This document shows, piece by piece, positions 16,756 to 26,586 of a DNA stretch of 64,000 nt (positions within the stretch are counted from its first letter, which is position 1; each line of letters starts with the position of its first letter). The notes below the pieces were generated by a model. It saw only the letters and a list, made by a program, of their open reading frames with translations, did not search any database and was not told the DNA's origin. This stretch comes from a virus. The translations under genes and the position numbers were made by a program. The stretch covers positions 28,304-92,303 of IMG/VR virus record IMGVR_UViG_3300009149_006183; one strand, 5' to 3'.

Positions 16756-19700
16756 TTATTCATCTTTTTTAAAAAGATATCCCCAACCATAGATTTTGAC
16801 AGTAGAATCTGTATTATAGTTTTTAATTTCATTGGCTATCTTTAAAAATTGTCTATTGGCAATATTAATCGTAAAATTACTGTATTTCTGCGTTTTAAAT
16901 AATATCTCTCCACGCCTGGGGTATGCAAAGTATTCACTATTGTTTACTATATCTCCGTCACTATTAAATAAAACAATAAATGCCCCATCAGCCCACGGCC
17001 CATTTGTAGTTTTATAAAGAAATTTGTCAACTCGAATTAAAGGCTCGAAGGATTGTCCTAAAAATTCTCCGTCTCTTTTAGGAATAATAAACTTGCCATT
17101 TTTATCTTGAGAAGGAACTCCGTAATTCCCAAAATCTAGCCAGTCAGCCGAAGTACTAGACAATGATATTCCAGATTTAATAAATTGACTATATATATCT
17201 GTTGAGTCTGTTTCTGTGCTAACAACTATTTCTTTTATTGGAGTCAACAAATCAATAGAATTAGTGAATATATAATCGATCTTCGGTTTTGTTATATCTA
17301 TAAAAAGCCCAGTGACTAAAGGATCTGGAAAAGATCCGCCATATTCATTATAAACTAAGCCTGATAATAATTCAAAATCGAATTTAATATATTTTCCATC
17401 TATTTCGCTCAAATTAACGGTTGCATTCGGTTCAATCCAGTTAGAATACTCTGTATAATTATACCGATCCTGACTAATTGCAAATCTCCACCTACCATCC
17501 GAGCTAGACGGTAGAGTAAAATACGCTGTCAAATTATTTATTCTATAAATATCTAAAAAGTCATAAATATACGTTGCAGAGCCATAGCCTAACGATCCAC
17601 GAACGCCACCAGATAATAGACCGATATAATCGTTGATAGAATCAGTGTCATTTAGCGTGAGACTCTGTCCTTTTGTTTTATTAGATATGAGATTATAATC
17701 TTTTATTATAGTCTGTTCGTATAATGATGGAGAAATATCATTGAATGATATATTTGAAATAATTACAGGAACATTTTCTGAACCTATTCCCAAAACCCTA
17801 TCTATGGCCCCATTAGTGGTTATTGTTGATGAATTAGGCTCGTCGTCACAAAATACCATAATCAATTTTTTGTCATCGTCGTATAATATATTTGATAAAT
17901 CAATAGTACTTTCCTCGATAGCCGATTGTAAAGGAGAGTTCCCTATAGGCTCTAAAGTCGAAAGAGTATCTATTATATCTATCGCTTCGTTGCCACCAAT
18001 CGGAATTGCGGTTAATGTCTCTATTTCTGAAATATATCCAGAACTGGATTTGCAATTTATATACGAAGCATTATTTTGATATAATTTGTTTGATAAAATA
18101 GAAATGATTTCGTCTTCACCGGTCATCTGTTTGATTGTAATATTATTACTAATATTCGATCCATCGATATCAAGATAAACAATTGGATTATCTATTGAGA
18201 CAAACCCAATAAAGTTCTTGCCAACATAATTACTATCTATAATAGTAACCTGTAAAACTATTTTATATTGAATATTATCTTCTGACTCGTTAAATAAAGC
18301 CGTATTCGTTACTAGATTTAAAACGTCTTCTGACCGGGCACGGACAAGGACATTTCCGCTACCATTTAATAATATTAACCGACCGTCATCCAACTCTACA
18401 TTATAACTGGCGAATTCAGTTGGTATTGTATATATAAGTTCTCCTGTAGCAGAAGCTGATTGTATAAACCCTTTGATACTAACCTCGATATCTCCTGTAA
18501 ATTCAGTTCCAGTCTCATCTTCAAGATTTATATGTATATTTATTCCCTGCTTATTGTTCAATAACAAAGTGCCTGTTGATATTTCAGAGTTTATTAGTAA
18601 GAAGCTTTCCGACTTGCCGCTTTTAATTCCACCGTAGATATATAAATAAGTAGTCCCAGCAACGCTAGCAACCGAACAAGCCGCCCCATTAAGTCCATAG
18701 ATTAAACCGTCTTGTTCGGTAGCATTAAACTCTGAAGAGGCGTAGTTTACAACATTAAAACTTCTTAAAAATTCGCTATCGATATTAGCTCCACCCATTA
18801 TATATAGATTTTTCATATAATTACACGCCGCCGACTTATAATTAGGAAACGGCATATTCAACCAATATTTATCAGATAGTTCTACAGTTTCTGTAGAGAT
18901 ATTATAATTAAAACTATCTTTCATTATTACTTCAGTTCCACTTATATCTGATGCTCCACCTAAAACGTAAATAGTACTATCCTTTACAAAAGAATAAGGG
19001 GAGAATCTTAAATAAAACGACAACTCGCTGTCTATAGTATCAGAATACGACCAAGAATTTCCGGCTATATTATATTTAAGAATTCTATCATTATAAATAT
19101 TAGTTCTACCATCAAAAGAGATGTCCCTTATGCCGCTTAATATATAAACATTTCCAGAAATGATTTCTGCGACACCATAAGCTATTCCATATTTAGCGTC
19201 AGATTCTACAATATCTATCTCGCTAATCGACGGCATATCTCTCAAAATTAACCAAGAGTCGTTAACTGTATCATATCTTTCTACTGATTGGCTTACCGAC
19301 AAAGCATTACTCTCGACATCGTATACTAATCCACCAAATATATAAATATAATTTCCTAAAACAATGGACTCTGCGGCAAATTTTTTAATGGGAGACGGCT
19401 CTTTTGTCGTCCATGTCTCAGTAGTCGGATTATACTCTTCTACCGAATCTTCTATTATATTGCTATTTAGTCCACCAATAACATATATCTTATTATTAAC
19501 TGTTTGCCCTACAAAAAAAGCTCTAGAAATGGTCATGTCATCCTTTGATTCCCAACCAGAACTTAAGCCGGTATCAATATCCATACGGTACGTTTCTTTT
19601 GAAAACATGTTTCCCTCATTACCTGCGGCAGTATCTTCGTCATCAAAAAAGAATTTAATTTTAAATACTTTGACAGTGTTTACTGCTTCGCCAAGATTAT

Positions 19701-22700
19701 AAGGAAATATCACATACAACTCTGACTTAAACGTCTCATTTGCGGGTATTGGATTTAAGACAATAGAAGCATAACTTCTTATATCTTCTGAATAGTCAGG
19801 TATAATATGATTTATGCAGTAAACTAGATTGTCTTCAACATTTAGCACCGGATCTCCAAAGTTAACGGTCTGACAGAATATAGGAGTTCCGGCTTCTACT
19901 GGGTATCCTCCACAAGAAACATCTATAATAATCTCGTTTTTAGAAATTCCATCGACAACTAGATTATCAACAGTAGCTCCATTTACTCTTTTGTCTATTA
20001 CTGTTATATGCAACGACTCGCGAGGAATAAGTATTGACGGGATAAGAGTATCACTGACACCTCCTCCACCCGTCAAGGATATAACTTTTCCGTCGAATAC
20101 AGTTGTTAGTGATCCTGATATTGTAATCTCATTAAGATATTCTATAATATTATTATCTGGCATGCACCCGCATATTGGCTCAACGGTTTGAGTTCCAACC
20201 GAATATTGATTATAGTTCTTAATTTCTCCTTCTGCTACCGGCCCAGGATTTTTGTACCATTGAGCGGCCATGATAATCATGTCTTTCACGGTTATCGCCC
20301 CGTCACCGTCCAGATCCCCCTCTGCCAACGTAGCTCCGTTTGTTCCATAATATGATATGAGTGTCGCAAAATCCGCCGAGTCTACGCTTCCATCTCCAGT
20401 TAGATCTCCTGATGCTCCGGAAATTCCCAAAGACTCTCCGAACACTTTGTTAATCCTAAAATATACGTTAGTAAACAGTGCATCTTCCAAGGCAACATAA
20501 GCATGACCGAATGATGATGACGCGTTGCTTGTATCTAATTCGGCCCGGCCGGTATACGGATCTATTATTTCGACAACATCTCCCCATAAAATTTCGACTG
20601 CTGGATCGCTTGCAGAAATATAAACCAATTGCCCAGGCTCTAACTCGTATATGGTTTTGCCGAGAGTTAGCATACAACCCCTAAAGCAATCAGAATATTT
20701 TGTAGTAGAGCTAGAAGCATCATGAGATATCGTCATTTTAGCGTAGTCAATACCATCAGAAAATACCTCTTGTTTTAAGTCGTCAAATTCCATTAAAAAG
20801 TGAGAAGAGGCAGATGATTGTCCGGTATCTAGTAATGGTTTATAGACTAAAGTAGAAGAAACCGTCTCTGAAACACCATTATATATAACAGAAGCGGTTA
20901 AAACATTTCTCTCAAATACCGGCTGCGAATTGTCATTATAGCTTAATGGTTGTATCGCAAATAGCGGCCCAATAAAGACATTATCAGCAACACCATTCGT
21001 TATATAAGAATACACGCCATCTGATTTAGAAACAGAATCTCGCGAAAAGATTGGACGACTAGTAGAGTTATCATCTTTTGCTAGAGTCCATTTAACCAGA
21101 GTATTATCATCCGGATAAGAAACTAAATCTAAGTCGTCTGGATTATCTGGATCTACAATATATACATTGGCAAATTGTTCTAGAGTATTAATTCCATCAG
21201 ATAATGGAACATTTGGAAGTAAATTTATTTTTAGGGTATTAGCGAACACAACAAAAAACTTTTTAATTATTTCAAGACTATTTACAGTTGCTTTAACATA
21301 TATTAAAATCTTTTGCGGAGTTTCTGGGGGCAAAATATCTATATCGCAATATCTCATAGCCGCAGCAGCTTCAGGCTCTCCAGACGAGTCTAGGGGGTCT
21401 AAATCTCTTACTAAGGTCGGTAATACTCCAGAACTAGCCCGTATTATATCATTTCTTGTTGAAGCAATAGGCTCGATATTTGACGATAAATCTTTATCTG
21501 CGTTATATATAGCAACTTCTATTTTATTTGGTCCCAAATATCTATTTCCACCAGAAGAAAACGAATTATAAGAGAATAAAGATCTTACTGTAAAGACCTC
21601 TGACGAGTTAATATATGCTCCATCATAGGTTTTAATTTCTTTAGTAGCATTGTTTAAAGCTTCAACTTCTTTTTGAAAAACAAGATTAATAAATTTATTT
21701 TTTAGGTTAGATAATTGCAAAGAAAAAGGATTAGAAAACCTTATTAAAAGCGGAATGGTCGTATATTCAAAAATATTTTCAGTATACGCCCCATTAGCAT
21801 CTATAGTACTATTAACGTCTTCTACATAAAATGTGGGAGTTATCGTTACATTTATCTTATCCAGGTTCCTTAGTAATTTTCCATTATCAGAAATAGATTT
21901 TATTCTCAAAGAAAATAACCCACTAGAATATCCAGACACAATATTAGACGTTACTATCCTAGATAACTCAGCATCGCTGACTGGAGTAAATGAAGTTTCC
22001 CCGTTAAAGATATCTTCAGCGTAATCGTCCGCTAAAACCTGTTGCACAGAAATATTTAATGATACCTTAATATCTTTATCCAGCACAGCTCCGAAATCGT
22101 TCACTATCTTAGAATAGATGACCATTTCCTCAGAGAATAGAGCATCAATAGTTCTATCTTTAATCGGATCATCCCACGATAAACTTATAGAATTGCTATC
22201 GAGTATTTCATAAGATAACCCTGTTACCATTTTTGTAGGGATGTCTTCATTGTTATTTCTAGAAGATGGTAAGCCAACAATGTTCTCTACAGGAGAGGTT
22301 CTTCTATACCTATCTATTGAGAATATAGAATAAAAATGTGTGATTTCATTAACCAATTCAGTATGCACATACTCTTCTAAAACACCTTCAAATATTTTTG
22401 TGCCAGTCTTCTTGCCGTCTTTTATGATAGGATAGGAATCATTAGAGTAATATATAGCACTTCGCCTGCTACCATCAAAAGAATTACCTGACCACTCTAA
22501 GTGTGTTTTGTTTTTTCCAGATGAAATTGACACACTATTTAAAGATAGCATTACATTATCAACACTTATATTCTGAAAAGCTTCAGCGGACATTCCAGGA
22601 ATATAAACCGGAAGATTTGGCGACTCAAAGATGTTGCTATAGACACCATCGCTATTAACAGAGAATATTCTAAAATTGTAAGTACTATCTACAATAAAAT

Positions 22701-24234
22701 CTTCTCTATACGAAAAATAAGTATCTCCGATGACTAGCGGTCTATTATATACAGATGTTCCATCTTGTTCATTAGAAGGTATTGTAAAATCATTTTTGAT
22801 AATCTGAATAGCATTTATATTAGAAATATCGGGGATAGTAAAATCTAAAATAACAATTCTATCTCCATTATCAGTATCGGTAACGATAGATTCTGAGGCA
22901 TAAGAACTAATATACGCTGGAGGTCTATACGCTTCGTGAACACTAATTTCCGTCATATACCCGTGAAAAAATGAAACATCATCACCGCCGATATATATAT
23001 TCATATCAGTAAGAGCAGAAAAAACAGAAGATGTAATTACACTATCTGTCTGATCGATTTCTCCGTTTATATACATTGATAGGCTTCCGGTCGCACCTAT
23101 AGAAACTGCAACATGAACCCACTCATCCGCCGCTATATTGCTAATCGAATCTGTAGTGGACCCATTTATATTAAACCTCAATTTATTATTATTTAAATAT
23201 AAGCCCCAATCTATATCTATTCCATTAGTCCTTGTAATTATTGGAATATTCGCCCCAGAAGTATCAAAAGCGTGTACCCATCCCATAACTGCAAATGGAC
23301 TGCTATATATTAACGAATTATACTCGTCGTCTGTTATTAGAAGATTGTCTACTCCATTAAATCTTAAACCAGATTCTCCAACTGGAACTTGATCTTTATT
23401 AAGCCAGTACGGGCTTGAACCTTCAATAGATAAGTCATTAAGAGTAGTAAAGTCGTAGGCAATATCTCCATCACCCTCGTCAAAATGCCAGACGGATAAT
23501 ACATTATCAACCACAACCGACGATCCCTTCAACACTCTATAACTAAAATTATTTATCGCCGGAGGAGCAGTAGAATCCTTTGGAAGTACCATCATTTGCG
23601 TAGGATCGCTAAAATTGCCATTTTCATCATAGGTATACACATTGTAATAATAAAGTGTTCCAGCGGTTAGAGAACTGTCTATTACTTTATTTGCAAGGCT
23701 GTCCAGAACTTCTTCTCCATCTGTCGGTCCGGTAGGAAAAGACCCAATTTTTCTAACGACTTTCACCCCATATATATTGTTAATTTGATCAGCATAGGCG
23801 TTATCCGTCTGTATAAAATTTACATTAAATAAGTCATTAATAGATAAAGCCCCAGTAAAAATAATTTTTACTCTTTGTCCCCCATATTTAACGATATTAT
23901 ATTCAACGTTACCAGGATAAGACTCGGAAATATTACTAATGAGACCTGTAATAATGTCAAATCTATTTTTATCGATATCGTTCCAAGACATACTTCCACT
24001 GTGATCTACGATGATATTTATCAATTTGTCTGTTAAGTCTAGAGAAATATCTTTTCCGCCAGATAAATTATTTACAAGTTTTGTCTCATTTAGATCAACA
24101 CCTGTAAATGTATTCTCGCTAATTGTCTCGCTAACAGGCGGATTGGTTTCGATATAGTTTCCGTACGCGTCTAGCGGATCGAAATCACTAAAGACTTTGA
24201 AAGCAAATTTTTTATTATAATCTAATGTCCACAT
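16756..24234 (-). CDS. Giant multidomain virion/adsorption protein (split VWA, LamG, FN3-like, dockerin-like, Kelch propeller)
   Basis: IVDHSGSM MIDAS; WHFDEG...WVHVAV...MYING...FHGYMTEI LamG; GDLTGDG/GDLDGDG pair; six Kelch blades (e.g. KIYVIGG, YIYIFGG, IYVLGG). Confidence 0.8.
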   Translation of the reverse strand: MWTLDYNKKFAFKVFSDFDPLDAYGNYIETNPPVSETISENTFTGVDLNETKLVNNLSGGKDISLDLTDKLINIIVDHSGSMSWNDIDKNRFDIITGLISNISESYPGNVEYNIVKYGGQRVKIIFTGALSINDLFNVNFIQTDNAYADQINNIYGVKVVRKIGSFPTGPTDGEEVLDSLANKVIDSSLTAGTLYYYNVYTYDENGNFSDPTQMMVLPKDSTAPPAINNFSYRVLKGSSVVVDNVLSVWHFDEGDGDIAYDFTTLNDLSIEGSSPYWLNKDQVPVGESGLRFNGVDNLLITDDEYNSLIYSSPFAVMGWVHAFDTSGANIPIITRTNGIDIDWGLYLNNNKLRFNINGSTTDSISNIAADEWVHVAVSIGATGSLSMYINGEIDQTDSVITSSVFSALTDMNIYIGGDDVSFFHGYMTEISVHEAYRPPAYISSYASESIVTDTDNGDRIVILDFTIPDISNINAIQIIKNDFTIPSNEQDGTSVYNRPLVIGDTYFSYREDFIVDSTYNFRIFSVNSDGVYSNIFESPNLPVYIPGMSAEAFQNISVDNVMLSLNSVSISSGKNKTHLEWSGNSFDGSRRSAIYYSNDSYPIIKDGKKTGTKIFEGVLEEYVHTELVNEITHFYSIFSIDRYRRTSPVENIVGLPSSRNNNEDIPTKMVTGLSYEILDSNSISLSWDDPIKDRTIDALFSEEMVIYSKIVNDFGAVLDKDIKVSLNISVQQVLADDYAEDIFNGETSFTPVSDAELSRIVTSNIVSGYSSGLFSLRIKSISDNGKLLRNLDKINVTITPTFYVEDVNSTIDANGAYTENIFEYTTIPLLIRFSNPFSLQLSNLKNKFINLVFQKEVEALNNATKEIKTYDGAYINSSEVFTVRSLFSYNSFSSGGNRYLGPNKIEVAIYNADKDLSSNIEPIASTRNDIIRASSGVLPTLVRDLDPLDSSGEPEAAAAMRYCDIDILPPETPQKILIYVKATVNSLEIIKKFFVVFANTLKINLLPNVPLSDGINTLEQFANVYIVDPDNPDDLDLVSYPDDNTLVKWTLAKDDNSTSRPIFSRDSVSKSDGVYSYITNGVADNVFIGPLFAIQPLSYNDNSQPVFERNVLTASVIYNGVSETVSSTLVYKPLLDTGQSSASSHFLMEFDDLKQEVFSDGIDYAKMTISHDASSSTTKYSDCFRGCMLTLGKTIYELEPGQLVYISASDPAVEILWGDVVEIIDPYTGRAELDTSNASSSFGHAYVALEDALFTNVYFRINKVFGESLGISGASGDLTGDGSVDSADFATLISYYGTNGATLAEGDLDGDGAITVKDMIIMAAQWYKNPGPVAEGEIKNYNQYSVGTQTVEPICGCMPDNNIIEYLNEITISGSLTTVFDGKVISLTGGGGVSDTLIPSILIPRESLHITVIDKRVNGATVDNLVVDGISKNEIIIDVSCGGYPVEAGTPIFCQTVNFGDPVLNVEDNLVYCINHIIPDYSEDIRSYASIVLNPIPANETFKSELYVIFPYNLGEAVNTVKVFKIKFFFDDEDTAAGNEGNMFSKETYRMDIDTGLSSGWESKDDMTISRAFFVGQTVNNKIYVIGGLNSNIIEDSVEEYNPTTETWTTKEPSPIKKFAAESIVLGNYIYIFGGLVYDVESNALSVSQSVERYDTVNDSWLILRDMPSISEIDIVESDAKYGIAYGVAEIISGNVYILSGIRDISFDGRTNIYNDRILKYNIAGNSWSYSDTIDSELSFYLRFSPYSFVKDSTIYVLGGASDISGTEVIMKDSFNYNISTETVELSDKYWLNMPFPNYKSAACNYMKNLYIMGGANIDSEFLRSFNVVNYASSEFNATEQDGLIYGLNGAACSVASVAGTTYLYIYGGIKSGKSESFLLINSEISTGTLLLNNKQGINIHINLEDETGTEFTGDIEVSIKGFIQSASATGELIYTIPTEFASYNVELDDGRLILLNGSGNVLVRARSEDVLNLVTNTALFNESEDNIQYKIVLQVTIIDSNYVGKNFIGFVSIDNPIVYLDIDGSNISNNITIKQMTGEDEIISILSNKLYQNNASYINCKSSSGYISEIETLTAIPIGGNEAIDIIDTLSTLEPIGNSPLQSAIEESTIDLSNILYDDDKKLIMVFCDDEPNSSTITTNGAIDRVLGIGSENVPVIISNISFNDISPSLYEQTIIKDYNLISNKTKGQSLTLNDTDSINDYIGLLSGGVRGSLGYGSATYIYDFLDIYRINNLTAYFTLPSSSDGRWRFAISQDRYNYTEYSNWIEPNATVNLSEIDGKYIKFDFELLSGLVYNEYGGSFPDPLVTGLFIDITKPKIDYIFTNSIDLLTPIKEIVVSTETDSTDIYSQFIKSGISLSSTSADWLDFGNYGVPSQDKNGKFIIPKRDGEFLGQSFEPLIRVDKFLYKTTNGPWADGAFIVLFNSDGDIVNNSEYFAYPRRGEILFKTQKYSNFTINIANRQFLKIANEIKNYNTDSTVKIYGWGYLFKKDE

Positions 24235-24237
24235 AAT

Positions 24238-26586
24238 TTACTCGTTATATACCGATGGTTCGAGAGAGTACTCATCTGCGTCTACTCTCTCCCAAGTTAT
24301 AAAGTTTTTATTATTAGATCCTGATACAGAAAAATATAGAGCATAAGAATCTAAGAAATCATTTGTTAAAGAAGAATCTATAAAATTCAAATCAAAATTA
24401 TACCACCCATCCTGCCGCAACTCACTAATAGATGTTTTAAAATCATGGATATATAGCGGCGTAGTCGGCTCAGAAGATCCATCGACTTCATACACTCCTA
24501 TATGTGCAGTTATAAAAGGAGATTCTGTTTGTGTTAAAGCTGAATTTCCCGCCGGGGCGGCGCTTGGATTAATAGCTATCTGATCAAGGACAATATCTTC
24601 CGTATATAATCTTATTCCTAGATCATAAATGTTTCCATTTGATAGAGATATTGATCCAAGGCTATGCCACTCCCAATCTAATCCTGCAAAAGTTATATTA
24701 TATACGGATTTAAGGGCGGAATTAATATTAACTTCTATATTACAAGAGCCGATTCCTCCTGGATCTTTTAAGCGAACGTATAAATCATTATTTCCTGTAT
24801 TTTTTATAGGATACTGGACTATACTAAAATCATCGGGGTCATCGGCTATCACGTAATTGATTATGCCATCAATATCGGAACCAACTGTTGTTATATTAAG
24901 ATCCTCGCCAACTCCACATGTAATTTGAGCATTCGTCGCAACCCCTCCGTTAACCCCAACCGGAACCACTCCAGTAGAACTATCGCCCGCTGATAACCAA
25001 GTATAACTTCCAGGGGCTAATGACGCCCCAATATACCAACCGACAACTCTAATTTTTTGTCCAGATGTCCCGCTTATAACAGCGAGACCCGTAGATCCTG
25101 CTGCAACATTTATGGCGACATCAAAAATACCGTTTTGGGCATCAACTAAAGAATAATTAAGAATTCCATCTATATCGGTCCCAACAGATGTTATATTCAG
25201 ATCTTCTCCAACCCCACATGTAATTTGAATATCTGTGGAGACAACTCCATTAATACCAATAGGAATTACCCCGGTTTTAACATCCGTACCAGATAGCCAC
25301 GTATAACTTCCAGACGCTATAGATGCTCCTAAATGCCAACCTGAAACCTGTATTCTCTTTCCTGGGACTCCATCTAGAACTTTAGTAGTACCAGCAGAAA
25401 CATTAATAATAGAATCTAAATCATTAACCGAGGATACTTCGTCTTCTAAGGTATAATTAATAACTCCATAGATACCAGAGCCAACGGTTGTTATATTTAA
25501 ATCTTCACCAACGCCACACGCTATTTTCATATTCGGCGTACCGCCACTGAAAACTCCGATAGGAATAGTTCCAGTCTTAGGGTTTGCGGCAGATAATAGA
25601 GTATAACTACCAACCGCAACCGTTGATGCAAAATTCCACCCAGTAACTCTGATAATCTTACCGGGAACGCCAGTCACCACAGTTAAGCCAGTAGATCCAG
25701 CCGGTGCAGAAATAATAGCATCTAGAGTATCGTCTTGAGCGTCAATGACCCTATAATTAATTAAACCATCTATATCAGAAACGACCGCTGTTAAATTAAG
25801 GTCTTCTGAAGATCCACATGTTATTTGCTTTAATGTTGAGCTTCCACCATTTGCTCCGACAGGAATAATCCCAGTCTTGGGAGTTATATTTGAAACCCAA
25901 GTATAACTTCCGGCCGTATTAGCCCCCGCATACCATCCTACAATTTGTATTATTTTTCCAGCAATGGCATCTAATACTTTTGTGGTTCCAGCGGAAACAT
26001 TAATAACGGCATCTAATATGTCATTAGTATCTACAGACGGGTCAATAATTTCATAATTAACTATTCCATCTATATCCGCCCCAACAGTTGTTATGTTGAG
26101 GTCATCCCCGGTGGCACAAGTAAATTGAACATCGGTATTGCCACCTCCATTTATTCCTACAGGAATTACTCCAGTTTTGGAAGTAACGCCCGATAGCCAG
26201 GTATAGCTCCCCGGAGCTAAAGATGCTGCGACATACCATCCCAAAACTCTAATTTTCTTTCCAGGAACGCCAGCAACAATGGTTGTCGTCCCAGCCGAAA
26301 CATTAACTGAAGCATTTAAAGCATTTGTAGAAAATGAAGGATAGGCATCTGACGGATAAATTAGATATCCAGATCCGCTATATCCTGCTTCAACATCTGT
26401 ATAAAAAATTCTTTTAGGGCTATCTGTTAAAACGGAGAAATTACCTGCATCTATAACCGTTTGAGAAGAAACATCGAAAAATGCTCTATTATTAAATAAA
26501 CTTGTCAGTAGATAAGTAGAAGTTTTTGTCGGAATAAACTCCCCGTTTACTGAAAATATTTGAGCAGCCTTTGTTGCATTTATCAT
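24238..26586 (-). CDS. Virion protein: CBM6/35-like domain with five ~100-aa tandem repeats
   Basis: Five repeats of type xxNVSAGTT...GKKIRVxGW...SYTWLS...TCGxGEDLNIT...DGIINY. Confidence 0.75.
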   Translation of the reverse strand: MINATKAAQIFSVNGEFIPTKTSTYLLTSLFNNRAFFDVSSQTVIDAGNFSVLTDSPKRIFYTDVEAGYSGSGYLIYPSDAYPSFSTNALNASVNVSAGTTTIVAGVPGKKIRVLGWYVAASLAPGSYTWLSGVTSKTGVIPVGINGGGNTDVQFTCATGDDLNITTVGADIDGIVNYEIIDPSVDTNDILDAVINVSAGTTKVLDAIAGKIIQIVGWYAGANTAGSYTWVSNITPKTGIIPVGANGGSSTLKQITCGSSEDLNLTAVVSDIDGLINYRVIDAQDDTLDAIISAPAGSTGLTVVTGVPGKIIRVTGWNFASTVAVGSYTLLSAANPKTGTIPIGVFSGGTPNMKIACGVGEDLNITTVGSGIYGVINYTLEDEVSSVNDLDSIINVSAGTTKVLDGVPGKRIQVSGWHLGASIASGSYTWLSGTDVKTGVIPIGINGVVSTDIQITCGVGEDLNITSVGTDIDGILNYSLVDAQNGIFDVAINVAAGSTGLAVISGTSGQKIRVVGWYIGASLAPGSYTWLSAGDSSTGVVPVGVNGGVATNAQITCGVGEDLNITTVGSDIDGIINYVIADDPDDFSIVQYPIKNTGNNDLYVRLKDPGGIGSCNIEVNINSALKSVYNITFAGLDWEWHSLGSISLSNGNIYDLGIRLYTEDIVLDQIAINPSAAPAGNSALTQTESPFITAHIGVYEVDGSSEPTTPLYIHDFKTSISELRQDGWYNFDLNFIDSSLTNDFLDSYALYFSVSGSNNKNFITWERVDADEYSLEPSVYNE
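24841..26323 (-). repeat. Five in-frame ~300-bp diverged tandem repeats
   Basis: Visible in the translation; copies 2-3 resemble copies 4-5 as a pair. Confidence 0.85.
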
